Assembly (NCBI GenBank): GCA_027604505.1 | Contig: JADIIX010000080.1 | Span: 1 to 64,000 of the forward strand | Direction of reading: 5' to 3' | Length of the DNA stretch: 64,000 nt | Source: Gonapodya sp. JEL0774 | Taxonomy: Eukaryota | Shown here: positions 38,370 through 50,949 of the stretch, piece after piece | Layout of the letters: each line of letters opens with the position of its first letter | Numbering within the stretch: the stretch's first letter is position 1 | Made by a program: the position numbers and the translations under genes | The notes under the pieces: generated by a model | The model's database searches: none | What the model was told of the DNA's origin: nothing | What the model saw: only the letters and a program-made list of their open reading frames with translations

Positions 38370-39472
38370 CTACTCGCGAAGCTCCCCAACATCTTCCACT
38401 CGCCACACCTCAAACCCCATCATAACTTCTTCTCCACGTACTACACCATTCCATTGTGAGAAAGAGCCGCGGGTGATAAGATCGAGGCCCTGTTACAGAT
38501 TCATTTGCGTTTTTGGTCATTCGCGAGAGCAGCAAATGGCTCACACCGTGTTTCAATGCGAGTCGCCTGAGCCGTGTTCACTTACTTCTTTTACTTCCTT
38601 CCACTTGGCACCAAACCCATCCACGGTGATCCACTTTACTTTTCTCCGATCGCTGCTTGCTTGAGCTTCACCGCCATCCCCCACCAACACAAATCGCCTG
38701 CTTGCGAACGCATTTCCTGGCAGTCCTTTACACAGAGGGTCTCGTATCGAAACACAGTGTGGGCCGAGTGTGAGTATTTGGCGGGGAGTCGGGGACGATG
38801 GGGAAGGCTCACGTAGGACGACGAACGGGGTTGGGATAGAGAGAGGCAGCCGGTGCCATACTTCTTCATCTGCGCAAAAGAGGGCAAGAGTGCACGCGAT
38901 GATTCTTGGAGGTGGATCACACTCAACAAAGAATACGTACATGGAAACTCCCTCCCGTCTTTCACGGTGCTACCAGTCTCCACCATCACCAAGCCGTCAA
39001 CTTCCATCTCACGTGAGGCGTCTTCAATGGCCTCTGTCACTTCCTTCCCATTGTACCTTGCAATGGCACCGGCCCCAGGCATCTTCGTTTTGAACCTTCG
39101 AGTCTCGATCCTTGCCTTAAACAGTTGCTGTCTCGGTACTCCTCTGTGATCTTGAATATGCACGAGTTTAATTGTTTCCGTAGAAGGAGAGTACGATGCG
39201 TCGCAAAAAAACGCGACCCTCCCTCCCGTCTTCGTGGCAGACGGAACATGCCCTGCACCATCCGGCGCGCCACCTGCACCGGATTCACTGAGGGGATATC
39301 TGTGCGTTGCCGAACAGTTTGGCGTCAAGATCCAGAGCGCGTCGTCGTTCTCCGACGGTTCGAGTATTGGGGGAGTTCGTGGGGGAGATGAGAGTGGGGC
39401 GAAAATAGAAAGGGAAACTCTGTGCCAGGCACCGCAGAGCCAAGATGGGACGGCGCCGAAATCGGTGTCCAT
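38370..39472 (-). CDS. HRI1: Hri1-family protein (3' end approximate)
   Basis: WHRVSLS..EPSENDDALWILT..VETGSTVKDGREFP|YEEVWHRL resembles Hri1 motifs. Confidence 0.55.
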
Positions 39473-40252
39473 GATGAGAAGTGTTTGGCAGTACAGCAGG
39501 ACTGGTTTGGGACTGGTTGGGATGCCGAGCGATCATGCCTCGATTCGTCCTCACCCTCAACTCTAAATAATTCTAAATAATTCGTTCCTTCCGCCGATTC
39601 CTTCAATAATCGATTTCAGCCACAGACTCTGGACTATATCCCTCGAAAGCTCGAAATAGTCTCATGGAAATCTACCAGGACGAGACCGCTGGACTGTGGG
39701 CTGGCGATACGAAGTACGGATGTACACGTTCACGCTCCCTGCGAGTGAGCGTCGACTCAGAGTCAGAAGACTCTCATAGTATTGGAAGTGGAATGCACTA
39801 AATAAACCCACATGAAGCACTTATCCGGTGAATCGACGGTTGCTTCCATCACTATTATGTCTCACTATGTCTCCGTTTGTTCTATATAGTTGGTGATTTA
39901 TGCTTCCCAGGGCCGGAGTCGGTCATATTTTGACAGGCGAACCACCCCGAAGTTACTGAGAACGGTGAGGTGGCGTCGCGCTGGCAAGGAGCGGGTCAAC
40001 GAACGGCCTTCTCGAACCACGTTAAAGAGAGAATGCCATGAGGTCTTCATCGACACACAGGGTCGCAGTCACTTCACAAATTTGATTGCATATCTCTTTA
40101 TAAAGTCATGGAAAATGATATTTCTTGTTACAAACATCTACGGGACGTTCCGGCATACACATACTCATCAAATCATGAGTTCCAGCAGTTGGTTTCAGTG
40201 GTTAATGGATGAATATGAATACAAAGCGTTAGTTTAGTCTGAGCAAGGGTTG

Positions 40253-40301
40253 TGAGTCACACTTCGCAAGTCTGTGCGTTCGCTGAGTGGGTGATGAGTC
40301 A
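40253..40301 (+). promoter_or_regulatory. Pair of AP-1/Gcn4 response elements (TGAGTCA)
   Basis: TGAGTCA at 40253-40259 and 40295-40301, upstream of the bZIP gene. Confidence 0.5.
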
Positions 40302-41097
40302 CCGTGTTCCAAATTTAGAAAATTTTCTTATCGAATATGTGTCCCGGAAAATACATTTATAAAACCAGTGCGCCAGTGGTGTTTTTCTACCGGTGCTTGA
40401 ATTTCATTGCCGTGGGAATGGAGTGGAGTTGCCGCTCTTTCTTTACATAACTCCATAAAAGGAGAGACAAATAACGGATACTGAGGTACGAAAGGTTTTA
40501 CTTGCCTAGTAAGTTTAGGCTGGTGGAGAAGATCAGGACTGAGTGAGAAATCATAATAATTCTTCAGGGTTGGTCCCTTCAGGTGTGCAGGCGGCCTACT
40601 AGGGGTCCACCACAAGAGCGGAGAAACGCAAAACAAGAGCGAAGACTCGTTGAGAGAAGAGCGTGAGCATCGCGAGCACATGCAGATTCCAAGTCGTGCG
40701 AGGCTTGAGTCGGGAACTTGCCTGGATGCCGGAGTGTTCATAGGGCAAGAAGTTTGACAGCGGCGACGTCTGCGCGCTGAAAATGAAGAGCGGATGCACT
40801 ATGAACGTTTCTGCATTCATTGAACTGTACCATCCACCATATAGCGCGTATTGGGTCCTTCATCCCCCAGAGAGTTCGTTCAGCTGCGTCTAGATCCGTC
40901 CGCTCTGTAACTCACTTCGCACACAATTATGAAAGTGACACTGGAAAGCCAATTTGAGGACGGAGCATTTGCAGGTTCGTCTCTGTAGCATTTATTTATT
41001 ACTCAGCTTCTCTTCTCCGTCGTCAAATTGAGGCATTCTCCTTGCGTCCGTTGTCCCCATTCATTGTTGCATTTTTCGGGTGACGTCCCTTCTAATC

Positions 41098-41331
41098 ATG
41101 TCGCCCCTTCTCCCTCAAATTTATTACCTACTTTGTCTGCACCCACCTATCCGGGGCTTCTCCACATGTGAACCGACACCCAAACGCACGCCATACACGT
41201 ACCTCAGCATTTACCCACAGCAACCAACTACCCAATTCCCAATTGCCCTCTCCTTCTCTCTCCGATATCCATATCGACACGATCTTCGACCCGTGCGATG
41301 CATCCACGCTCGCAACGTTCCTCGACTTTGA
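41098..41331 (+). other. Candidate uORF (77 codons) containing an out-of-frame ATG-TGA start-stop element (41166-41171), in the leader of the bZIP gene
   Basis: ATG 41098 to TGA 41331, out of frame with the bZIP ORF; ATGTGA at 41166. Confidence 0.45.
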
Positions 41332-41473
41332 CCTCACGACACTGGATGACTCCACCCTTCAGTTCCTGCAGCGCGAGTTCTCCACAGCGCTGTGTAACTG
41401 TGACGGAGAACTGCCGCACCGCGTTGACTTGTCGAACTCGATCTCCCCGCGAATCCGCGGAGGAGATTTGCAA

Positions 41474-42787
41474 ATGGATTTGGGAACCTCGAGTCTTCCC
41501 ACCCCCTCTGAGTCCGAATTCTCCGCGACTCCGGGGGAAGGAAACGCCTTGCCATCACAAATGCACCTTCAAGCGCAAGGAAGCCAGCAATTTCCCACAG
41601 GAACTGTTGACAGTGCTATCAACGTGGACTCGACTTCCCCAACCCAGCCCGCTTTGGGAACCTCGCAGGATGCTGAAAGCTCTACGCGGATGAGCCGACA
41701 CTCAAATCTTCTCGCCGCACCTACCAGGAAGACCGCGAAGAGTGGATCCCGAAGAGGTCGACGTGCCGTCACTTCTTCCCCGTCCACTGGGAAAGCCAAC
41801 CCCACCAAGTTCATCCTTCAAAACCCGATCGACAACCACTCTGGTGGAAGCCACACCACCAGTCCATGTGAAACATCGGTGTCTTTTCCGCTGGATGCGC
41901 TCACTCCGCCATTGGAACAGTCTCGAACGGAGACAGTCAAATACACCATGGCACTCCAACCAATCATGGTCCCAATTGTAACACCTCCAATGCTTTCTGC
42001 GGAAGTCCCCGCGCACTCGATAGATCCTATAAAATCCAGGAAGTCGTTCTCGTCCTCCAAGAGACGCAGCTCGTCCACTTGCACGGCCTTCGACATACCC
42101 ATCTCCAGTTCAGTATCTCCTGTCGCCAACTACCTTCCAGTCACCTCGGAATCCGCAACGAGTACCAAGGGAGTGCACCCTGAGCCGGCTCTGGGCCGGG
42201 AACAGAAACGAGTCCGACCGGATGAATCTAATGCCTCCCTGAGCGAAGAGCTCACCGAGGAAATGGATGAAATCGCGAGGCGAAGAATGAAGGTGAGTTG
42301 CTGATTTGGCTGGAGATTGGAGCCTTGGTGCGGTGATCCACCTGCATACATCTCAATGAATGCCCGACCTCAAAACTCACCATAGAACACTCTCGCGGCA
42401 CGTCGCTCGCGTCAACGCAAAATGACCCGTCTCACTGAGCTTGAAGCTATCGTTGAAAATTTACAACGAGAAAATGACGAACTTCGAGCCCGTATTGCTG
42501 AGTTCTCTGGCGACGCAGCACAATGTGCACGCCCAGATAAAACTAGCGAGGAGCGTGGAAGCTGCTCTATCAAGCGTCACTTAATGGAAACAAACGGATC
42601 CGATGACGTGCTGGATCGTGGAGATCTGGTGCAAGCGCAGGTGCACGTGCTGCGACCGGCAGCTCCGCCAGTCTTTCACTCTGTCGCTATACCGTCTTTC
42701 CGTGACCCGATCGTGAGCGTGGTCAAGGACTTCATGAACGGACCTCCGGTCAGCGGAAATTTTCAGAGTTTGGCGGACACCGTGTGA
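41474..42787 (+). CDS. GCN4/CPC1-like bZIP transcription factor (frame open upstream to 41096)
   Basis: EIARRRMK|NTLAARRSRQRKMTRLTELEAIVENLQRENDELRARI; intron 42293-42385. Confidence 0.8.
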
Positions 42788-43561
42788 GAGGCGGGCAGAG
42801 CAGCTAATAGAGGAGGGGACTATTTACAACAATGAAGGCAGCAAGAGAGCGTTCTGCGAGAGAAACCGGAGGGTACGAGGCGATGCCATTCCTGTTTGAG
42901 CGCTACGTCGGAACGTTCACCACCGGGACATGGACTCGCCGTGGTTTCGGATGTGTTTTGGTTCGGATTCATGTCTGATATTTCGTCATTTTTCTGTTTC
43001 ACCTTGTTGCTTCTGCTGGTGCTGAAACTGTTCTCATGGCTTCGTGACCCCGTTCTCAAACAAGTTTGCATACCACTAAACTGCACAAAACTATAATGTT
43101 CAATGTTCAGATCAGATCAATAGGATGCAATTTCTTTTGCGGAGGTTATCTGGCATCACCATAACAGAAATATGCATAAATCTAGAATCTCTGCCTGTCT
43201 GGTTCTGAGGAGCGCAGACAGTACACAGAGTAGGTTCTATCTGGCGCTTACGCAGCAGTTGATGAGGACTCTCTTACTTGCTGCCCGTGAGCGTGCGTGG
43301 GTCCGAGTTATCTATCCAGTTTCGACAAAGGGGTTCGAACTTTCAATCGTGAACAAAATGGGTTCCTCGTTTGCATGTAGGTAACCTAGAGTGAACGCTT
43401 GAGGCGAGTTGAAGAATCGCAAAAGCGTTCGAATGCATGGGATCCGACATTGCGCACAGTGGAAGCGGTATTAATTGACATGTACAGAGGTGTGATTGTT
43501 TGTATCTTCTTCGTTATGAGAGTTTTAATCGTATTATTGACCAATGAGGGCAATTCATTGC

Positions 43562-43954
43562 TCATCGCGTTATTGAGTCAATGCTGAACGGATCAAAAAG
43601 GATTATTAGTTGTACGGCTTCTCGCAATGTGGGTCCATCTCTCACCGCTTTACACGATCCCAAACTATAACTCCTCTTCGCTTGAAGTAACGGATCTTGT
43701 TGATAAGCCGACGGTCAGTTTGAGTATTGTTTGCGTGCTGCATCATCTGGACTCACCCTGTGCATCGGAACGAACGCATCGTCCTCCAAAACCTTGCGAA
43801 AGCTCTCCAATGGCTGTTCTTGAATGCCCATGAAGCGATCCTCGTACCCCACGATCCATTCGCTCAGTGGATGGAGAGACGGATCCCACAATGCGCGATT
43901 GAGGAGGTCTTGTGCCGGTCGTAGGACAGACTTGGCATTTGTGGTGTCCGCCAT
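43562..43954 (-). CDS. Standalone MJ1316 (DUF504) RNA cyclic-end recognition domain protein, 3 exons
   Basis: LRPAQDLLNRALWDP..WIVGYEDRFMGIQEQPLESF..FVPMHR|IRYFKRRGVIVWDRVKR|IDSITR*. Confidence 0.85.
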
Positions 43955-44433
43955 CAGATTCGAGGAGCTCTGGTGTGTAGGAGAGTAGGGAATGTAAGTG
44001 TCGAAAGGAACCATGTCTTTCTACATGAGGTGTTGGCGAGGGTGGCGAGTGAGTGGTTCTCAGGGAGGGGTGAAAGTACGCTGCACATCACCTGTTTTGT
44101 CTACACCAGTTGTGTATGCTATGTTATAAATTGTACTTGGGTACCGGAGTAGCTTGCTTGAATCACTGAAGCGCCGCCTAGAAAGATGCGTTGAGGTCTT
44201 TCACGCCTTTGACCTCTCTAATATGCAACCATTCCCTTAGTGGAGCTGGGTGATGCATTATAGTCATCTTTTAGCGCACTGCTGAATTGTGGAAGACGCT
44301 TGCCGTGTTATATTATAGAATAATGCAGATACTGCGGTGATCGAGTATTCGGACAAACGGAATCGGGTGAACCTCCTTCTGCCGAGTTGAAGATCGTATC
44401 GGCGGTGAGCTTTCAATCAAGTACGACGCAAGC

Positions 44434-46369
44434 ATGAGATCTTCGACTCCATCCACTTCCAACAGTGATAAGTCACCGTGCCGTCTCTCGACCTCATCAA
44501 GTGGAGCAACTGCTTCTAATGAGCCCGAAGAGTTTAACGACATGTTCGCTGCACCGCCTCCTCTTAAGTTTCAGCTGAGAGCCAGAACCGCAGCCTCGGA
44601 TGAAGGATACGACAGAGTTGTGGCAGAAACGCACCTAGTGGCTTTTCAACATGGACTTTGGGGTTGGTCGGACTACATATGCTGATGTAACCCTTATCGG
44701 CTCCAAATTAATCCCCATGTTCTCTCAATAAGGAGTGCCCGATAACCTCTACTATGTAGCGAATACTTTGCGCAAGACGTACCCAGGCGTATGCGTTGTC
44801 TCGCTCAAGGCCAACGCTGGTTCTTACACATAGTATGTCGTCAGATAGTTGGTCACTGTCTTTGACCTAATCATGCTCCTTCACTTAGCGACGGCATTGA
44901 AGTTTGTGGAAAGAGATGTGCCGAAGAAGTGCGATTTACTCGTCGTGTGTATGTCGACCATGCCGTTCTACTCAGTTTCGCTTCAGGTCATATCGGTCAC
45001 AGCGTCAATTGAGCAACTCGATGTTCGCGTTTCCAAGTTCTCGTTTGTTGGATACTCACTCGGTGGATTAATTGCACGATGTGCTGCAGGAGTCCTTTGG
45101 ACACGAGGATACTTCTCTAGTCGTGTTATGATGGTAAGCTACCTTCTTCGCCCTCCCAACAGCTCCTCCTATAATCCCAAGTGGAATTTTGCACACATTC
45201 AGTCTTACAGCTCCTTTGCTACACCTCACCTTGGCGCCGCCCCTTCAACACACTCTTTTTTCGGGGTTGTCCAGAATGTAGCGGCAGTTAACCTTCTCGG
45301 TCCGACTGGAGACGACATGGCCTTCATAGGAGCAGAAAAGGGCATCAAGACCGTATTGGAGAGGATGTCTGAAGAAGAGTCGGTGGAGTACAAGGCACTA
45401 GCGGCATTCCGGAAAAGGACTCTGTACGCCAATGTTCTGGTGAGCTGCGGTTTGCAGCGAGATGTAACTGGCATAGAGCTATTCATTTAAAGCGCATTCT
45501 CGCACATACCTAAGAACGACCGAATAGTCCCGTTCTTCACGGTAGGCTTCCCATATTTCACACAGACATTAAAGGAAGGAACTATCTCACTCACACGGAT
45601 ACTCCACCTGAATACTCAGGCTTACATTGACGAGGGAGATCCTTTCACTAATTTTGATGCTGTCCAGCTGTAAGCCGAGTTATGATGATGCCCATTCGCA
45701 CCCTTGTTGAGCCCCAGCTGTCTCACCCCCTCAAGCACTTACCATCCTACCCACTCTCAAATCGTCCTTACCCACCATCCTATCCCACCACCACCACTAC
45801 CGACAACAGGGATCTCTGATATTGCGGTCTACGCCGGGGTTGGAGTGATGTTGGTTGCCGCAATACCCCTTATAATTGGAGGTTTGACTTACTCTGGGTG
45901 GAGAGCAGCCTCGGCACGACACAGAGTTGCGTCGTTCGAGACGAAATGGGAGAAGCAAGGTGACAGTTTAGAAGGACAAGGGCAGTCCAAGGACACTGAA
46001 TGGAAGCAAGAGGAACCACTTGAGGAGTCCTCCTCGGCACTATCGAGTGAGCTCGCACTCGAAGCTGCTGAAGACACGATCGGTAGGATTGTTGAGAATC
46101 CGGATGGCATGGATGTGTACACGGGAACTCCCATCCCCACCAAGATACCGACGAACACCGACAACTCTTCAACTCCAACAACCGGGATCACGAATATTCA
46201 GCTTGGTCCTCGTAGACCAATCTTCACTTCGCTCAACAAACTCGCGTGGAACAAGTTTTTGGTGTGCATTCCCCACAGGCGGAGTCATGCGGCTATTGTG
46301 GTCAGGGAGAAGAGGTGGGAGGAGTATAACGGTGCCGTAACACATTGGGTGGAAGGGTTTGAGGTATAG
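44434..46369 (+). CDS. DUF676 putative serine esterase/lipase (Rog1/Lpl1-like)
   Basis: HLVAFQHGLWG; DGIEVCGKR; FSFVGYSLGGLIAR (GxSxG); FATPHLG; RTLYANV|NDRIVPF; SHAAIVVR. Confidence 0.88.
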
Positions 46370-46872
46370 ATGTGGGCTGCTGATTGTTTAGATATGTAGA
46401 CCAAAGTGGGTGTGCGGGGTGTGGTTCATGCAATAAGTCACCCGCCTGAGATTGACTTTATCTCAAAATCTGATTTTTTTAGATTTTCTAGTATCATTCT
46501 GTGTTGACCTGGTTAAAATTAATTGACATTCAGAACTTACAGCATCCCGACACACCCTCCAATGATTTTCGATCTGTGCTGGGAGAAATGCTTTGGTTCC
46601 TAAGCGACATTCTGGACTCAGCACGTCCATCGAATTTGTTCCCAAATAACGTCATTCCAAGGACCTCCACAGATACTGCATATTATTGATGAATTGGGCG
46701 CCACCGGGTCTGGCTGGCCCAGGGACAATCTACAGGGTACGGTAATGATGACATGCTACATGGACACCAGGCCAATGTAGATGAGTGCAACGGCGGGAAG
46801 CTACTGGTAAGAAAATGCTATGGGATGCTCCATCTCTAACAGTTAGCGAAGCCACCAATGGCATGTTGAACA

Positions 46873-49800
46873 CTATCCAATCTGCCCCAGTCCCAAAACC
46901 TTTCCCGTCCTGAAATCCACGCCACACCACACTCCAAATTCCTCTACAGTCCTTGTAGCTCCGAGTCCGTACTTGCCACCCACTTTGTGCGCGGCGTCCA
47001 GCTCTACTTCTTTTCCAAAAGGCAAACACAACATCTTAATGACGACACCTTGACTTCTCTCCCGCTCCGCTTTCCACCCACTCAAGTCTCCTTCTAGTTC
47101 CACCTGCGTTCTGTCCCCCACCACGGTCCTCCTGTACCCCCTGGACCACCTGTGCCTCACCACGTCGTCCAGTCCAGAGAATCCCACACCAGTCCCCATC
47201 ATCGCAACGTCCAACCCCCACGCATCGGGTTCCCATGTCCACAGGTCCCATCCCCCTGTCCACGCGCGTGCAGAGTAGAGCGTTTCCTCCCCAAAAAAGA
47301 GGTGTGCAAGTGTCGGGTCCAGAGGCACATCGTCAAGCAGGGAGGCTGGGGCAAAGAGGAATCCGGCGGAGGCGAGCCGTGAGGGGAGAAGGCCAAAAGA
47401 TGTGACGGGTGTTGTGGGGACATAGGGAGAGGACGGAATGGATGCAGTGGTAGAGGAGGATCGCAGAGTTGGTGGAAGAACTTCCACGGATAGTGTTGGG
47501 ATGGAGTGCTGCTTTAACGGGTGGGAGAGTCTGCCTGAAACACGCGGCATGCCGTCCTGGTCGAAACGTGATATGTAGAGAATAACGGGACCAGTTGCGG
47601 CAGGGGAGGTTTCGGACATGGGGAGGGGAATATCATGCGTCGTGTCCGGGCGATGCAGAGTGTCGTTGACTGACGGTTTGACTGACGGGAACAAATACGA
47701 CAAAGATGACATTGATGGTTTGGGCGATGTAGAAAGCTCTGGTGGCGCATCTCCCGGAGGGTTGGCTGTTGTCGGCGGAGTCGAGGGCACGTAGTCTGGC
47801 GGGTACGTTGTGAGTATTGCCCGATTCGGGTTCGGGCACCTTCTGATCAAATCGATAAGTCGAGCGTCCCAGTGGAGACCGAAACGCTGTTCAGGAAGAG
47901 GCAAGGTGCGGTGCGAGAGTTTAGAGTGAAGAAAGTGAGTGCAGGTTGACCGCCCGACACAACATAGAAAGCCGGGCTACACTACAAAATGAAGATCTAT
48001 CGCACACCCAAGTGTTCAAATCAACCCACCATATGTGAATCCACCTGCATGTAAAACTCTTCGTCCTCCAACATGCTAGCCAACCTCGCTCTCGCCACCA
48101 CGGGCCCCGCAGCCATCCTCGCGTCGAACTTCTCCCGCCTGACGTTCCCCTTCCATGGTTCGATCACCCGATCGTCGTGAAGGTTCAGATCCTCCGGGTG
48201 GTCTTGGTAAAGCAAGCGAGCGTGCACGCGGTGAGGGCAGAGCGCTAAACTGAAGAGTGAGGCGATCGTGTGATGCGTTTCTGGGTCACGGTATGCCGGG
48301 ATGGAAACGAAGATGCGTGATGTGGTGTCTGGCGAATGGAGGAACCGCAATGGTGAAGCGGGATGGCCCTGCAACTGGCTCGTGGGTGGTCGAGCCTGCC
48401 GCCGGCGCAGCGCGTGCGCGAGGACATCGGGTGAAGGAAGGTGGAACCAGACAGAAAGTGCGGTGCGCGGGGCGTATGTGGGGAGGACAGCGTGCGTGCT
48501 GGAGGATGGGAAGATGAGAAGGCGGTCAAGGGTCGGAGTCACGTCATAGTGAAGGGAGTCTACTCAATGGGATGGGGGGGTGGTGTGTGGGAGAAGGCGA
48601 TGGCATCCACCGTTGTGATTGGTGCGCGTCCGGGTTTATTCAGAATCGGATCCCAACGGAAACCGGAGATACAGCACTCGTTCATTCTCCCTGTCTCACC
48701 TTCCCCCTCACCCTCATTCTCACAGTGCTTTCGTTCACCAGTCCCCGTGTCAGTCCTATCGTCGCCGCCAGGCCACAGCCTCAACTTGCCCCCGTCCTCA
48801 TCCTTCCACCGCTCGTTCAAATACAAAATGCACGTCATTGCCCGCGTAGGGTTCGTCGGTCCACTGTCCTTGTGTGGCACATATCTTGCACCGTTGGCCG
48901 GGTAGTGGGCGAGTTGGAGGGAAGGGGTGGAGAGAGGTACAGGGAGGTGGAGGGAAAGCGAAATGTGACGGGCGAGGGAGGCGAGACGAGCATAGAGGAG
49001 GGGGAGGATCGGATGCGGGGACCCCGACGGGGGCGTGGGGTTGGCATCCGTGTCCGGACGGCCTGTCGAGGCCTCAGGTACGGTAGCCGAGAAGGAGCTG
49101 GGTGAGAAGAATCGGACCGAGTCGCCACGAAGAGCAGGATCAATTTTTCGGGTGACACCAGTGCCCAGGCGGGCGGGGTGGAGGGATGGGAGGAGGGACT
49201 GGGGAGAAGGGGGAGTGCAGGGGAGCGGCGTGACCAGCGCCTGTTTCAGCTTTTTCCCAGATAGAACCGAAAACTAGATATCATGAATACTCGAGGAAGG
49301 AAGGACGCGGACCTGAGCCATATCAATGGACTTTCGAGTCAGATCCTCTGCCCAGGGGTGGTGGGGCATCGTGTCCCCCTGTCCTGGACCCACTACACCA
49401 CCCGAATCGGTGTGATCCAAACCACGCAACACCACACCATCTAGAGTTACGAATCCGTCTCTGGCGAGCGAATCAATGGCCTCTTCGATCGTGTGGTGAA
49501 ACCGCGCGGGGACCGAAACAGAAACAGGAGCGGAAGTTGAGGGTGGGATCGGTGTCGCGTGAGATGGTAAGGGGGAAGAGCGAGCGTTGGCATTGACGAG
49601 GGCGAGTATTTTGTTTTGGATACCCTGAAATGGGGAACGCGTTGGAATTGGAAACAGTAAGAACGAGTTTGTATGATGACTAAACGGGGAAAAGAACGAG
49701 AAGGGTAACTCGAACAGCCACTTGACTGATCACTCCCTGCGTGGCGAACACACCACAACACCATATGAGATGGGCCGTGTCCCGTCCCCTTCACGAGCGG

Positions 49801-50127
49801 ACACCTGAGGAGGAACGGCAGTCACGCACACAGAGGAGTCCCACCTGGGAAGCACCTTCACTACAATCCACTGAAATCCAGGACAATATATCGTCGGCCC
49901 TCAAAAGACCCGGCGCCCCTTTCCAAAAGCGAAACAAACGCGTTTCAGCCAGTACGGCGGTGTGTCCTTCTGTCACTGGGTGCGGTCCCAATTGCTCGGG
50001 CCGAGCCGGTGCCTGCCCCGTGAAGTGCCTGAGCAATAGGCTGGAGGAGGAAAAGTGTTTTTTCAGTTCAGTCGGTGTATTAGAGCAGAGAGAAGGGTAG
50101 ACTTATCCTGTCAACTCACTCCGTCAT
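46873..50127 (-). CDS. Bifunctional 2OG-Fe(II) prolyl 4-hydroxylase (EGLN/PhyA-like) + GT60 hydroxyproline alpha-GlcNAc-transferase (Gnt1-like); PhgA-like fusion; 5' exons approximate
   Basis: P4H: AIDSLARDGFVTLDG, PARLGTG..LRGDSV, LAHYPANGARYVPHKD, MTCILYLNERW..GGKLRLW, PTLDRLLIF..STHAVLP..RTALSVWF. GT60: IFVSIPAYRDPE, QVDSHM|RFGLHWD, AILTTYPPDY, AGFLF, LFFGEE..ARAWTGGWD, YGLGATRTVEEF..GVDF. Confidence 0.9.
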
Positions 50128-50949
50128 GGGACAGTGATGCAAATGGATTCACGCCACCCTACATTTCCGTCGATGATCCTTCCATTCCACTTCGACACGC
50201 AGTTTCACGAAAAAACTCTCAACCGCGTTCACGTCAAACATATGGAACCCGACTCCATCGCTCCGTCTGACCGTCACACCCACTTTTACTGACCTGGGGC
50301 AACTTTGCCATCTCCAGGCTCCCCTCGCTCGCTGCTTTCACCGAAGAGCTGGATGCCATCATGCGAAGAATAAGGGACCTTGGATCCGGATGGAACTGTC
50401 GACTTTGATGGAATCGAGTTTCGGACATGTATGCTGTGGCCGCCTGATCGTACCCTCATTATAGTATGTTTGGATACCTATAAAGACCAGCCCAGCTCCA
50501 CGCTCAATCTGTGTCTGACCCCGTTTGCCGCTCTGTTGCTGCAATCCACCACCATCGTTTCTGGGATGGTAGCTGCTGAAGTAAATCGATGCACATGTGA
50601 CCTCATCTTTAGCGCATCAGAAATACAAAGAAAATCCCCACCGACATACATGAATTACACACGCCAATACACCTTTTCACTGATCCACATCATGGGCTTC
50701 ACAGCTGCTCCAATGCCAATCATACTTCAAAAGCCCCTGCCAACTTGCACATCTCAATAGATTGTGTTGCTCTGGTCCTTCGTTGTATGCGCCAAAGGGG
50801 ACTTGGAATGTCGACTAAGACACACTCCCGCGACCATGTTACCCTCATCAGATGTCAATTGCCTCTGTGTATAAGCACACAGTTTGATCTGTCCTGCTCC
50901 GTCCTGCACCAATCGGCAATCCCCCTTGACCATCCTCATCCATTCCCAC

